A DNA stretch of 64,000 bases, taken from NCBI GenBank assembly GCA_028534125.1, contig CM052817.1, positions 52,888,001 through 52,952,000 on the forward strand, given 5' to 3'. The number at the start of each line of letters is the position of its first letter. Position 1 is the stretch's first letter. Positions 12,906 to 27,882 of this stretch are shown here, one piece after another. The position numbers and the translations under genes were made by a program. The notes beneath the pieces are model-generated. The model worked only from the letters and a program-made list of their open reading frames with translations, was not told where the DNA came from and ran no database searches. Origin of the DNA: Lama glama (taxonomy: Eukaryota).

Positions 12906-13595
12906 AAGGAAGGAGTTCCTGTAATTTCCGTTCAACTCAGCTATAATTTATTTGGTTAGCAATTTACTACTTTGAGCTAAAATTTTTAGCACTCATTCAA
13001 AACTTACATAGTACTATGTGGCAAGTGTTTGAAGCAAGATACAATATAAAGCATGTAAAATAGGACAGTTTAGGATTAAGTGAAGGTAAAGACATATATG
13101 GGTGATTAATTACATCGTGAAGAGGGAAAATGGTTATCACAGTTAAACATTGAATTTTGTTCTGCATTTCCAGATAAAAGAGGGGAAAGAGAAGACTATA
13201 TATCATTCTCATTCTATGAAAGAAATATTAATTTATTTTGAGAGAAAAATTATATGTTGTCAAATTAATTTGTTGCCAAGAATCATGATTCTTAATCTTG
13301 AGTAACGCACAATTATTTTTTAATGGAAAAACAAATTATTTTGATACTTAGCAGATACTTTTGAGAATTCCATTTTAAGAAATTCTGATATACGAAATTA
13401 AAATCTATATAGTGAGCATGTATGTCATGCCACTGAAATATACACTTAAAACCTGCTAGGACACCCTGTTAGGAGATGAGGGTCTGAAGGGACCAGGCTC
13501 TGTAAGGGGACCAAGGTGTGAGAGAACAAACACCTTGTAAGTATGAAAATGTATATGGTATATTTTTCCAAAGTAAAAAAATGGAAGAAGAAAAA

Positions 13596-13752
13596 ACTGC
13601 AGCATCAGCTCCTACTAGAGAATTTTCTAGCATGCTGGCCTGTCCTATAGTTTCAGACTTGCTAGGTCTCAAAATTGTGTCAGTGCCTTCAAATAAATCT
13701 CGTTATAAATATTCTATTGGTTCTGTGTTTCTGGAGAAACTTGACTAGTAAA
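13596..13752 (+). mobile_element. MLT2D-like LTR, 3' half
   Basis: actgcagcatcagctcct...ggcctgtcctatagtttcagacttgc...aaataaatctc...ctattggttctgtgtttctggagaa continues where the 5' half stops. Confidence 0.85.
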
Positions 13753-15308
13753 ATATTGTATAAAATTTTAGGTTTGTGCTATTGTATATATTTATACATT
13801 TTTAGATAAATATGTGAAAAACACAAACTTCGTAACTTATTTTTTCTACATATTAATATACCAAATTTTGAAAATTGGTCTGTATGTTTAATCAGAAGCA
13901 TAGCAATCAATAAATATGATATCTTTAGATTTCAAATCATGGACAGTATTTTTTAATTTTGGGTTATTATGAGCTCCAAGATGTGTATTTTACCCTTGAA
14001 TGTTGTCAAAAAAAGTATGTTTTTCATGATACATTAGAGACAAAGTACTGCTGATTGAATAGATTACATGTCTTATTTATTGGAGATATAGCTATTTCAA
14101 TATGTGGTGCATTGAGTTTAATAAATGATATAAGTCAGATAGAGTCAGTGCATCTGAATCAGAAAGTATTATATCTTAACCAGAGGGTGACATAGCTATT
14201 TCAAGTATCATTATGCATAATTCATCTTTAGACAGTATTCAGTATACTTTATTCCAGATTGTAAAATATTTTTCTTACATGTTATAGAAACTTTCATGTT
14301 TGCACTCTTTCCATGTTTGATGTCTTAGGACAGTGTATGTATGTATGTGTATGCATATATATATGTTATCTATCATATAAATTCTTACATTTTTAATTTG
14401 CTGTTTATTTATTTCTATTTATCTCACCAACAGCATGTTGAAAAACCAAAAAGGGAAATCAAGGAAAGTCTTTAGCTCAAAACTTTATTTAAAATATAGT
14501 AATATGTGAACAAATCAGAGCACATTTTAAAATTAAGTCTAATATGTTATGAAAAATAGAAAGCACATTAGAACCTAACCATATATTAATTTAAAGTGGA
14601 AAACAGTGTAAGGCAAGTGCATCCCAGATCCTCTGAGAAAAAATATAAGGTACATAATTACTGAAATAACCTTGTTTTTTGTTGACCTCACTGATGAGGC
14701 TATGCCAGGCATTCTGAGAATATTCTTTTGTCAAGAGTTGGTATTGTCTTTCCTTTATTATAGACATGTTCAGGAACAGTAATACCTTGGGTAGATAAAG
14801 GTATTAAGAAAGTATATGGTTAATAAAGAAATTTACTATCAAAAGATCTCTGCTAAATATATCATTATAAAAGAACTTACTGTCGTAAAGGAGGTTGAAA
14901 ATTTGAACAAAGTAGGACAGTTCATTTATATACTGTAAGCAATTACCCTAAAACAATCAAATATGATTTAAGAATTATTAGAATCTAATGCTGTTGGAAT
15001 CTAATACTAAGCTTAAAATTAGGTTAAATGACAATTAAAAAGCAACAGATTCATGGCACGTATTTACAATATTATTGATCTTTTGGTTCTAATTAATATA
15101 GAAAGCTACCAGCAGTAGGCAATTGTCCTACTTGAAGTTTGAAGAATTCTATAAATAAAAGTGAAAATGAAGTTAATGATATTTACCATTTAGGCCATTT
15201 CTTGGAATAACAATTGCCAGCATTCATTTAGCAGTTTTTAGTCTGAATATCATCTACCCATATACAATCATACTCAGTTTTTATCCCTGTAAGGCAATTT
15301 TAGTACAG

Positions 15309-15761
15309 CTTTTTTAAAATTGAAATATAGTTGATGTACAATATTATATAAGTTACAGGTGTACAACATGATGAGTCACAATTTTTAATGGTTATATACT
15401 TCATTTATAGTTGTTATTAGATATTGGCTGTATTTTGTGTGTTGCATAGTATATCCTTTTAACATACTTATTTTATCCATAGTAGATTGTACCTCTTAAT
15501 CCCCTACTCCTATCTTGTCCCTCCCACTTCGCTCTTTCCATTGGTAACCACTAGTTTGTTCTCTGTATCTATGAGTCTGTTTGCTTTTTGTTATATTCAC
15601 CAGTTGATTGTCATTTTTAGATTTCACATGTAAGTGGTATCATACAGTATTTGTCTTTCTCTGTCTGACTTATTTCACTTAGTATAATACCCTCCAAGTC
15701 TTTCCATGTTTCTGCAAATGGCAAAATTTCATTTTTTATGGCTAAGTACTATTCCATTGTG

Positions 15762-15792
<31 letters not shown>

Positions 15793-15916
15793 ATATCACA
15801 TCTTTTTTATCCATTCATCTGTTGATGGACACTTAGGCTGCTTACATGTCCTGTCAATTATAAATAATGCTACTCAGAACGTTGGATTACATTATCTTTT
15901 TGAATTAGTGTTTTTG
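15309..15916 (-). mobile_element. 5'-truncated L1 3' end (artiodactyl-type) with an internal (TG)n
   Basis: ttgaaatatagttgatgtacaatattatataagttacaggtgtacaac...ggtaaccactagtttgttctctg...ccattcatctgttgatggacacttagg; interrupted (TG)n ~15758-15792. Confidence 0.9.
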
Positions 15917-18599
15917 TAGCTTTAGAGATGAGGCAATTTGGGTGATTGTGGACGTGACCAGTGGTCAGTGGATTCCCTGGAAATTCAAAAAATGCTAGGC
16001 ACTTTAAATACATAAGCTCATTTAATCTTTTCAACATTCATGTCATTAAGTATTATAATACACATTTTATGGTTCAGAAAATACAATGTCAGAAATTTGT
16101 CAAATGTTACTTTTCTACACGACCTAGTTTTAATTAGGTGTATGTATTAACTCTATGATCATAGATAAATAAATAAATGGTTTCCAGGAGTTAAAGAATA
16201 TAATAAACAGAGGGAAACATAATTCCCATTTGCCATATTGTCATTTATTATGTGTCAGATTATGAATTATTTTTTCCAAAGTAATTACTTCATGTTAGAT
16301 GCCTTACATCCAATGAATTAATGAATAGATGAATTAATGAGTAAACAATAAATATATCAATAAGATATATAGGATAGACTAGGAATTATGAGATGACATT
16401 CTCTGGTATGTTTTTATTTCATAATATTCAAATATGTCTATTTGAATATGACCCATAATGCATTATGCATTTTAAAGAGAGATTATGATCTTTGTAAATG
16501 TCATTTTAGGGGAAAAAAGTGTGGTAGCACTTTAAAATATTGCTGGGTGAAATTTTGTAAAAGTTCACGAAGAAGCACTGGGTGGTATGGAACTTACATC
16601 TGCTCAAGGACATAGAGATCAAAAGCAGTTGGTTAATACTGAATGGAATGATGCTCTGCGGAAAAAATAATTCTAATAAAAATGGAAATGATGACCTACT
16701 ACATTCCTATGTTTCTTCAGGCTACTGATCATCCTGCCATTGTATGCACCATCACTTTGCCATTTATCATTGTAGGGTAGGCTGGAGAACATTTTCCAGC
16801 TGACTAACAACTCTTCATATTGAGAAAGTTATAAGACGCACTTGCAAACTTCCTCTCTCATCCACAGAAGTTACTTGCGTTTATCCATAAGGCAGGCATA
16901 CAAGCAATATCCTGTGTTTTCTTTCCTTAATGAAAATTATGTGCATTTTGCCAGAATTTAAAATAGCATGTGAAATTAAACTTCTGTATTTTTTAAACAA
17001 ATAGAAAATTAATGTCATTAGAACAATCATAATTGATTAATGATGATAGCTTTTGTTTACATTTCTTTGAAAATTAATGTGCACAATGAATTGTGCCAAT
17101 TATTAGGGAGAACACTAAAATATTTTTAGAAAATTACATAGCAACACTTTAAGATGCCTAATTTTCAGAAATGCAGATGCAAGTGAGATTCTTAAATTAT
17201 GTTCCCTATTTTTTTCAATATGAGGAAATTTTGAGATCAGTTAAAATTTTTGATTTGGAATTAATTTGTGCTAGTAATAATATTGTGGTGACTAGTAGTT
17301 TTGTGCCACCTTATAAACCTTTAATTGAATAAAGGTGATGTGGTATAAACACCACTTTTATGACAGAAACTATATACTTGAAGATACTTTAGTTTAAAAA
17401 TCTCTCAATGTTTTTCATAGCTTTGCCTGACTCATGTCTGATCTTATATAAGCATTGCCACTAGTGGCATACACTGAGGGATTTAGAAAGTCTCCATGGA
17501 AATCTTGACTAATGCATAAGTTAAATCACTCATGATTACTGCAAAATTTCCAAAAATACTTGACATGTCAAATTTATAACAACTTTATTTAAATATATAA
17601 AATATTTTTCCTTTGTGTTTGAAGATGTTGGGAAATACACTGAAAGCTTCTTCAGAGTAAAGAATTTATAGAAGGATTATCAGAGAAGAAAAGGAGAAAA
17701 AAGTTTTAATAGAAGAGATAAATCTGCTGGGGAAGTGAAAGAATGAGTAAGCACCATAAATATATGTATAATAATATGTACATTATATAAAATATAGATT
17801 AAACATATTAAAGTGTATTTTTATTTACTTATACATGTATTTAAGTTTAATGGTGTTATAAATGTAAGTTCCTTTAATGCCATTAATTCATCATCTCTAT
17901 CATTGAAAAAGACATGTTGGGCAAGAAATTTTAATTTGAACAGTACATTTTGTTGCCAAAAATAAAATAGTTTCCTCCATTTTCTATTATGGACATCACA
18001 ATTCTCTACTACAAATGGCAGGCAAAAAAAAATAGAAGGAAATGTCAGGGATTTTAGCTTCTGTTTATTGAACATTTTATAAGTGTTATTTGAAATATGA
18101 GTGTCAGGTAAGTTTGTGTTTAAATTCCAAAATTTTCTGTGTCTCATTATGTCCTTAACAATTTTAGTTTGAACGAAAAAATTCTTCTTTTAAAAATATT
18201 AAAAATCAAAAGTGTTCATTTACAGAGTAAAAACCTCACTAGACTGAAGAGACATTTTCTGAAGTCTGCGTGTGTAATATACGTTTGTGTGAACATGTGG
18301 GTGAGTGAAAAGGGAAGAGAGTGAAAGTGGTGATGGGAAAACATTGACGTTCTACAGTAGGCAAAGCATGGAGCTATTTTTAACAAGTAGATTTTCTTTC
18401 CAGATCAAAAGGTACTAGATTATAAATGTGATGAGACTATCAGTGTGAGACTTGGCACAAGTGTGTGGACTGAAAATTTCTAAGACTTACATGTTCTAGG
18501 TAAAACCTAAATATAGGACAGATACAGCTTCTTTGGAGAATCCCTGAAGTACACTTGGAAAAACAAATAAGTTAATATGAAAAATTAACTTTTAAACTC

Positions 18600-21500
18600 C
18601 TATTGATGTTAGAAGCAGTAGGAGACAGAACCAATAAACAGTTCAATTTTCTTTCCAGGTAATTCTTTTTCTTTGATTTTTTGTTGGGCTGTCATTTGCT
18701 CATCAGCCACAAGGCAGCCGTTGTTAATAGCCTGATGTATATACTTCCATAGCTTTCTCTGTATTCTTATAATCATAAACAGAATATATTAACACATAAA
18801 TTGATTTTTGACTTTTAAGAAAATAGATCACACTTTATGCTATATCTGCATATTGATTTTTCTTACTTAAAAGAGAAAATATCTAGCTCATTCACTCAGA
18901 TGCTACATAATACATAATGATTTGCATGAAACAAGAATTTACTCAAATATTTCCCAGTTGATGGTCACTCGGGTAGTTTTATTTACTGATTTATTTTTAT
19001 TGCTAGTAACAATGAAGTAATGAATGTTCTTGTACTTTAAAGTGCAGATGGCTGATTAAAACAGTTTGAGGAGGTATAATTGACAAACAATAAACTATAT
19101 TGATTTCAAGTGTATCGCTAAATAGTATTGACATATTTACCCATCAAATTATCATTACAATTAAGATAGTAAACATACCATTCAAATTTCAGAATTTTCC
19201 CATGCCACTTTGTAATCCTCCCTGCCTGCCCCTCTCACTTTCCAATGACAACACATAATGTGTTTTCTGTCTTGAAAGATTAGTTTATTTTTTCTAGAAT
19301 TTCATATAAACGGAATAGACTTTTTAAAGAATTAGTTTCTTACAAGCTTACTTTGAGATGAATACATGTTGCTGAAGGTATCACTAGTTTATTCCTTTTT
19401 ATTACTGGGTAGTATTTTATTGTATGAATAACCCATAATTTTTTCATTCACTTCATCTATTTTAAGGCTTTGTTGTTACGGGCATATGTTTAGAATTATT
19501 ATATCCTGTTAATAAATTGAACCCTTTACCATTATACAGCGAACTTCTTTATCCCTGGTAATGTTTTCTCTCTAAAATATAATGCATCTGATATTAATCT
19601 AGCCATGTCAGCTTTGTTTTGTTAGTTTTAGCATGGTAAATCTTTTTACCAAGCTTTTATTTTTACTATATTTGTGTTTTCATACTTACAGTGACATATA
19701 GTTGGAATATTGTTTTTCATCTAGTCTAATAATGTCTGACTTCTAATTGGGGTGTTTCAGTCATTTACATTTAATAGATTATTGTTTTGGTTATGATTAA
19801 AACTATTTTATATTTTTATTATCTGTTATTTTTTGCATTTTTCCTTTTTTCTTCTATGAATGAATTGAACATCTTTTATTCCTTTCTAACACATCCACAG
19901 ACTTATTATAATTATTTGTTGTATTAGTTGTTGGTTTACAGTTGGAAATATACATCTTTAGCTTGTCTCAGTCTACTAGTAAATTATCTTATACTACTTC
20001 ACATGCAGATAAGAACCTTACAATAGTATGCTTTCATTTCCCCCTTCTTTGTGCTATTGGTATCATACATATTACACATATGCAGTGAACTACACTGTAA
20101 TATTGTTTTAACAATTATTACTGATTCCTGTTTAAACAATCAGCTGTATTTTGAAGAAATTTAAATTATCAGAAGGGAAATCTGTGTAGTTGTCTATGCG
20201 CTTACTATTTCCAGTGTTTTTTATTTCTTTGTGCTGATACATATTAACATCTGTTATCACTTCCCTTCTGCCTACAGAATTACCTTTAGTATTTCTTGTT
20301 GAGTGGGTCTGTTGGACATAAAGCACAGGTGATTTTTAGGGAAGTAATTAGAAATGACTTCTAGAAATTGGATTGATTTGAAAGACGCGTTATTTTAGTA
20401 AAATTTTTATTGACATGTAGCATTTGCTGATAAATGGAAACAAAATATAATCATATAGCTTAATAAATTTCCATAAAATAAACACTTCAGGTTATCATCA
20501 CACAAATCAAGAGAAAGAACATTATAAGCAATTCTGATGGTTTCTCATGGCTCTACCATGCATTAAACCCCACAAGGTTAACCAGTTTTCAGACATCTAG
20601 CCTTGCAGTTTAGTTATGCATGTTTTATGAACATTATATAAGTGGATTCATAGTAAATGTTCATCTGTGTCTGTTTATTGTTTGTGAGCTGTGTGTTTGT
20701 TTTCTATTAGAGACATTCACCCATATTGTATAGTGGTATCATGTTCATTTTCACTAATGTATATTATTCTAGTATATCATTATTGCAAAATTGATTTATC
20801 CATAAGATGTACATGGGTACCTGGGGTTTTGCTATTATAGTAGTGCTACCATGAACTTTGTTTTTCTTGTCTTTTGGTTAATGTATGAACACTTTAAATT
20901 TAGCATATACCAAGAAGGGAAATTCCTGGGTCGTGTATTTGGCTATGGTCAGTTTTTTGTAGCTATGGTCAGTTTTCAAAACAGATTGATTAAATTTACT
21001 CTCTCAAAAGTCTATAGGAAAGTTCTAATTTCTGCAGATCCTTAATAATATTTATGATTGTTCATTTGGTTTCCTTTTAGCCCTTCTAAAAACTACATAG
21101 TAATGTCTCACATGAAGTAAATGATTGTATATCTTCTTTTTGAAATGTGTGTGGAAGTATTTTGCTCATTTATTGTGTTATTTTCTTAGAAATTAGTAGA
21201 AGTTGTTTAGAATTTGAGTATTTTTTCAAATGTTGGTATTGCAAATATTATTCACTTTGATTTTTCATTTATTTAGTGGTATCTCTTAAAAAGTAGAAAA
21301 TCATAATATTAGTTTTGTCCTAGTTATTATTTGCTGCTTTGGTTAGCACTGCTTGGACCTTCTAAAAGAATATATAGCCATCCTAAGAGTATAAGGATAT
21401 TTTCTGTGTAGACTTCTAGAAGCAAATTATCATCATTCATACTTTGATATTTAATCAGTAAGAAATTATTTTTATATATCAAGTGAGCATATTCATTGTT

Positions 21501-22620
21501 TATATACAAATATCCATTTGACTATTTCCTGAAAATAAAATTTAACAAATAATTGAATAATGAGTGAAAAATAAACAATTGCCGACTCTACTGAGGTTTC
21601 ACACTTGCCATACACAATGCACCAGGTGTGGTCATTACTGGACAGATGTGTTGTTGTAATTTGATGTCTTCCACTGGAAAAACTTTCAGTCTACTGGCAA
21701 AAAGCACACTGAGTAATTATAATAGCATTACGATATGACTTTATATTTGTAGCTCAAATTTCACATCTCCTTGAGAGTAGGATTGCAGGCTTTCTGCTTG
21801 ATATACATACCATTTTTATAAGCATTGTAAGAAAAGTTTACATAATGCCTTTTCAGTCTGGTCTGTAGTCATTTTTAAGAGTTTTTTTCTTGCTTTTTAA
21901 TCTTGTTTGCATCGCTTATCCTTTTTTTTTGAGTGACAGACTTTGTGTATACAAATTTTGCAGAGATTAAGTGACAGTATTTTCTTTCAGAGTGGATTTA
22001 CCCTTGTATTTATTGAGCAGCTATCATCTTAAACTAATCAGGAATACAGATATGTCATTTAGATTATAGTTTGAGTAATGCTCTCTTCTAGTTTACATGC
22101 CATTATCTTGTGTCTAGGATTATATATTTAAACTGAAATATGATTTTCTGGGGTGCTTTTTTCAGTCAGGTTCCAGTCTCCATTTTCTGTCTTGCTCCCA
22201 CAAGCTGCTCTGTAAAACATTTAGTCTATTTATAGAGGCTTTTGCCTTAGCTATTTGCTTCTAACCCTCATATTTTCACAATTTGGTTGATTCTTTTGGA
22301 GGAAATAGCCATGGGTTCAGTACCTATCTAGTCATCAGTTTCTTTACTCTGACATCACTACACCAGCAAAAGTACTGTCAGTTTTACTGTCCTTCAATAA
22401 CAGCTCTGTACCATGCAAAGAGCACATTTTCTTTTAACCTCTTGCATTTCTTGGATTTGGCAAATTTCCATGAAAGAAAAGGTTACAGAAGTTTAGCCTA
22501 CTTTTCCTTGATTCTGCACTATGCAAAAACTCTTTGCCCTTCTCGTTCTTCTTGCTTCCGTAGTTCTCTTAGATCTTTCACAAGAGGATTTTCATATTTT
22601 ATCCAACTTTCTTATTGTTC
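18600..22620 (-). mobile_element. Cluster of ancient L1 (L1ME/L1MC-type) fragments
   Basis: Multiple degenerate L1 3'/ORF2 motifs (gaggtataattgac...; ttgaaccctttaccattata; gtttattccttttt attactg). Internal boundaries unresolved. Confidence 0.6.
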
Positions 22621-24809
22621 CTAGCAGTAGTATTGGAATGTCACAAGCTATTATGTCCTGTCATAATTTACACTGCTGACAGATGTACTGACAGATTGCA
22701 CTTAAAGAATGGATAACAGTTCATATTTCCACTAGCATTATGTAACAGTGCCCTTGTTACTGCATTACTCTTAGCACATGTTTTTCTTTTCTTTTCTTTT
22801 TTCATTTTTGTCAGTGCCGTGGTTGAGAATGGATTTCAGATAGCCAGAATTTATTTATATCATATTGGACTCAACTAATACATAATTTTATGGTAAAGGC
22901 CGGTTCCTACTCAATTTCATGAAGATTTTCTGAAATACTTTAAAAAGTATAATATGCATATATCAGTCCAAAAGAGAAAGCATGTTTAGTTTTAATATTA
23001 TACTTTTGAAAATTATTAGTAAATAATGCTAGAATCAGTATTTTGACCAGAGGAAGGTAAAAATAATAATTCAGGAGAACTTATTCCATTTAGAATCTTT
23101 GAGAAACTAGATACAATTATAATTAATAACAACCTGACTTCAGAATATTTATGAGTCAGATATTATTCCCACATACGTTGGAGTAATAACGTATAACTGG
23201 CTTTTAAAAATACTTATTATCCCCACATCAGTTTTCTGTAAAACATAACATAAAATATGTAATCAGGACTTCAGTTTCTAAATTTATACTCATTTTTAGT
23301 TCCATTGGTACTATAATAAATTTTTGTTGTTGTTGTTCTTACAATTTAGTACAAGACATAGCGTTTCTGAATTATTGGAGTAGAATTTTGTTTGTTTGCA
23401 CTGAGATATTCCTAGGAGCAGTTTACCCAACTCATAGTTTATGGAAACTTTGACTTGACCAAATTAATAAATACTGTGAAAAATGTAATATCTCTGAACT
23501 TTGAAAATATGTTTGCTTGTTTCTTAGGGTTTGAACACTTTATTATAGGCAAGTTTTTAATTAAATCTAGAGTCGATATGACCACAGCTACTCATTTTTC
23601 CTTCAGTTCTTTTTAAAACTGTTTTCTGCCCAATATGACTTTCCTTCAGGGTTAGGAGCAATGTTTCTGTATCATACAGAGAGATTTTTACACTTTCTTA
23701 TTAAGACTGACAAGTTACCAGGAAAGTTATGGCAACCAAAAAAAAAATCATTCTGTTTACTTTACAGAGTTCTTTTTCTTTGATCTTTTTGGATGGTACA
23801 CTCAAATTTATTTCTGTTCCACATCTGAGAATTTACTCACTTGATCTTATTATTTTTTTTTTTGGAGGCTTTTTTTTTTTTTTAAAGCTACTGCATCTGT
23901 TCATTTCCATTGCTGCTGTAATAAATATACCATGACTTTCAGAGAGTTTCCATTTACTTTCAACCTTTTAAAGGGATTTTTGTCCTCAGAAAAGCTTTCA
24001 TGAAATCATAAATATTGTTATGGTGCATCTCATTTTGATATTTTTAAAAACTATATATTTTCATTTTATACTTGATGTTATATAATTAAAATCATATTGT
24101 CTCCTGAATCATAATTTTATTGAGACAGTTATTTACTTAAATTAACTATTATTCAAAATGCTATATAATACCATTTTAATTACTCACTATATGCTATAAA
24201 TGATAGAGTTAATTTTGTTAGTGGTCATTAAGAAAATTAGAGCCTTATTTTAGTGTCGCTTCACTTAAAACATGGCTAAGTTACATTAGAGTAGTATATG
24301 TTTTCCTAAAATACTGATTTAAAATTTTTATTTCAACTCTTCGTTTTACTTTATAGATATATGCCACTAATTCAGGATATAGGTATAGTTTGCCCAAGAA
24401 GGTGCTAGATAAATACATGTAAGTGCTCTCAATTTTTTAGTGATATATTCCAGAAAGCTTTTGATTTTTCAAGTAAAAATATGCTTATTAGGACATAAGA
24501 TAATAGATGTGTATGTAAATATTTATTATATGGCAGTAGCATAAATATTATTATTATTAAGAAATTCTGTATGCATGTGAGTTCACTTTGCAAACATTAG
24601 GTGTTCAACATATTATACTTCTGGAACTCTGCTATGGATGTCTCATTATAAGTTTATTAAGATAGTATCAGTCACTATAACTAGGTAACATACCAGGTGA
24701 GGAGAAAAATAAGTTAATCCATGATTATATCATACATGCTCTTATAACTAGGTAAAAACATTTAGAAATGTGCACTTGACCCTATGGGGACATAAAGAAG
24801 TATCAAAGC

Positions 24810-24810
<1 letters not shown>

Positions 24811-24855
<45 letters not shown>
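24811..24855. repeat. (AAT)15 microsatellite
   Basis: Perfect trinucleotide run. Confidence 0.98.
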
Positions 24856-24857
<2 letters not shown>

Positions 24858-25169
24858 CTGGTTTTCCATCATTATGTGGTTTCCAATAGCATAGAATATT
24901 TGTGTTTAATTATCTGATGAATCTTCTTGTCACTTATGCTGTGAAGTATGCTTTTACTCCTAGAATTCAAGGAAAAATATACGTAACTTTTATAGTTAAA
25001 AGTTGAAGGAAAGAATTGAGAAAAGATCTCTCTAAAGAATCTGAGACATTACTGTATCATTATACTGTGTCATTGTTTTCCTTCTGTCAAGGTGCTAGAG
25101 CAGTGAAATACTGTTTTCATGTACTTCCTAGTCTTCAACTGCCATCAAAACTTCTGTGGGAGAGAAAAT

Positions 25170-25432
25170 TTCATAGTGTTTAAAAGTATATTCACTAGTT
25201 TATTTGTCTGGGTTTGAAATTGAGCACCATAAATTACAAACTATGTAATCACAATAAAGTAACTATTTTATTTAAATTCTTAGTTTCATCATCTGAGTAA
25301 TCCTTATGCTGTTATTGGCTCCTACATGGAATATTTATGAGTTATTCATTATTAAATAAACTTTAAAAATATTTATGAAACCAAGAGCCTGAATATATAG
25401 TTAGCACTCAATAAATGTTATCTATCATTATG
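25170..25432 (+). mobile_element. MIR SINE
   Basis: ctgggtttgaaat...cttagtttcatcatctg...atagttagcactcaataaatgttatctat. Confidence 0.7.
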
Positions 25433-27664
25433 TTACATTCTAGGAATTAAATATATGGCCTTTTAAAGACATAAATTTTCATGTATTATATAAAAAAAGA
25501 TTAAACAGAAAGAAATAATGAAAATAAAATAATCAGTTTTCTGTGATGAAGGAAAGAATTTGAATAGATTATTATTCCCATCTAAGAGGTTACTTAGTGC
25601 AGGTAATTGTCCCCACCCTCTCCGCAAGTCAGTAAAAATATTTTCTCAATCAAAAGCAAAACAAAGAATTGGTACGTATGCAAAATAATCTTACGTCTTC
25701 ATTGGTTCTGTTTTAATTGGATGTCTGCAGTTACACCAATGACTAGCATTGCAGTCACTACAAAGATAGAGTTGCAGTTGAGTCTTTCTAATTAAGGCAA
25801 AATAAGCAAACTTAAAGGCTCAACACTGAGTGCTTTTAAACAGAAGAATAAGAACACTTCACAATTTCTTAAGAGATCTGATATCAAAAAGACAGCAGAC
25901 TATATCATTGCAAAAGCTGAAAGCATATACCAATTGGTTTTTTTAAAAAAAAAAAGGACAATAACAAGACAAGCAAATTCAGAGGCCCACAAGGCTTTTT
26001 TTTTTTTCTGTTTTTTATTTCAATATCTTAGCAATTAAGCAATAGAAATAAATAACAGATCAGTGATAATACTTAAATTGTTTTTAATCTTATGTTCTGT
26101 GTCTATAGTGCAAACTGATGGTAATTTGAAGTAAGTTTTATTTTATACTAGGTCTTGAACTTCTCAATTCATACTCTTGCCCTTACAAAATCTCTGATTT
26201 AAAGAAGCACCTTGAGAACTTAAGGGTAGATATCTGAAACAAGTAAATGTATTTGGTATTTGCAACCACACACCTATTTCTGTAATTTGTAGGGATCCAA
26301 AAGTTCCTCTCACATAATAAGTGTTTTAAGATGACCTCATGTATCAGAAGAAGAAAAAGAACCAAAAAAAGAAATTATATTCTGATTTACAGAACCATAC
26401 AACAAATATGGATACATATGGGACATGAATGCAGCCTTTCTGAAGGCAAAAACCATATCCCAAGCATACAAAAACAATGAATAGGATTTATGGACATTAA
26501 TAAGTTTGAAGAAAAGATTGATAGTAGTGACCTCTGTGCTATCTGTCACCTGCATTTTTTGGGGACGTGACTATAGCCTGTGGACTCTCATCAAAATCCC
26601 TAGTATTACCAACTTACAAACATCAAGGAAAAGAATGGAGCATGTTTTGAAATACATTGATGTCATACGTAGCAAACCGAAAAACTTGAGGATATATAAA
26701 CTATTTCATTTCATAATGTAAAATGTCATCACTTTGGAAAATAAGCAGCATAAGATTTAAGAAGATAATTATATTGAAGAGAGGTTTATTTTCTAGGTTA
26801 AGATATTGGCCACTGAAGCTCTTGCCACTGAAATGATGAATGGCAGGATGAAAAACTCCTTTACAAATAAATAACTTTCTAGAAAAAGTACCATATTGAA
26901 TTGGAAGATTAGACCAGTTAATCTAAATTTATTTCTAACACCAAAACTCTGTGATATTAAATGTGATATAGCTGAAATGTCAATATATTTAAAAATATAA
27001 AATACATATTAAGAATATTAAAACTGAGAGGATGATGATATATCTCGGTTATTTTAAGAATAATCTTAAGTATATAACAGAACTTTTGGAAAATAGAGGA
27101 AAAAAAAAGTCCATAAAATCACTAGCCTCAGAAATACCATAATCATTCTATTGTATTTGTTTTTATAGTCATAATCATTGAATTATATAAAAGTATTGAT
27201 TGTATAAAAATCATAGCATATGTAAAATTGAGTATTATAGTTGTTTAGATTAATAATACATTTAAATATTATTATGTATTATTAATGAGTATAATTCATA
27301 ATGGCTATATACTATTCCATTTAGGGAATAAAGTATAATATAAATTTTATTTAAAACATTTTTATAAATATAAAAAATACTGTTATGAACATCTTAGTGC
27401 CTTTTTCACATTTCAAATTTTTTCACAGTAGATTTTCAAAAGAATAACCATTTGGACAATATTTTTAAGTATTTCTACTGCTGTTTATATATAGTATAAT
27501 ATTGCCTTTCTGAAAAATGGGTTTCCGTACTACATTGTTTTATGAAGGCTTTTTTATTGAGTATGATTCTCAGCCTTTACATACTGATAATTTACTTCAT
27601 TAAATACTTTTAGCAACAGTAAATAATTTTGCATTTCTACTATGTTCTAGAAAATATCCCAAAT

Positions 27665-27882
27665 CAGAGGTTGGCAAACTTTTGTTTTAAAAGGCCATGT
27701 AGTAAATATTTTAGACTTTATGAGACATGCAGTTTCTGACATATACTCTATTCTGCCATTGGAACAGGAAAGCAGCCATAAAAAGTACTTAAATGAGTAG
27801 ATGTTCCTGTGTTCCAATAAAACTTTATAAAATCAGTGGAGCTCTGGATCTAGTCTATGAACTGTAGTGTGCTTATCCCTTT
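27665..27882. mobile_element. MER58A-like hAT-Charlie DNA transposon
   Basis: cagaggttggcaaactttt...aaaggcca...tagtaaatattttag...gaaagcagccata...ctgtgttccaataaaactttat. Confidence 0.85.
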
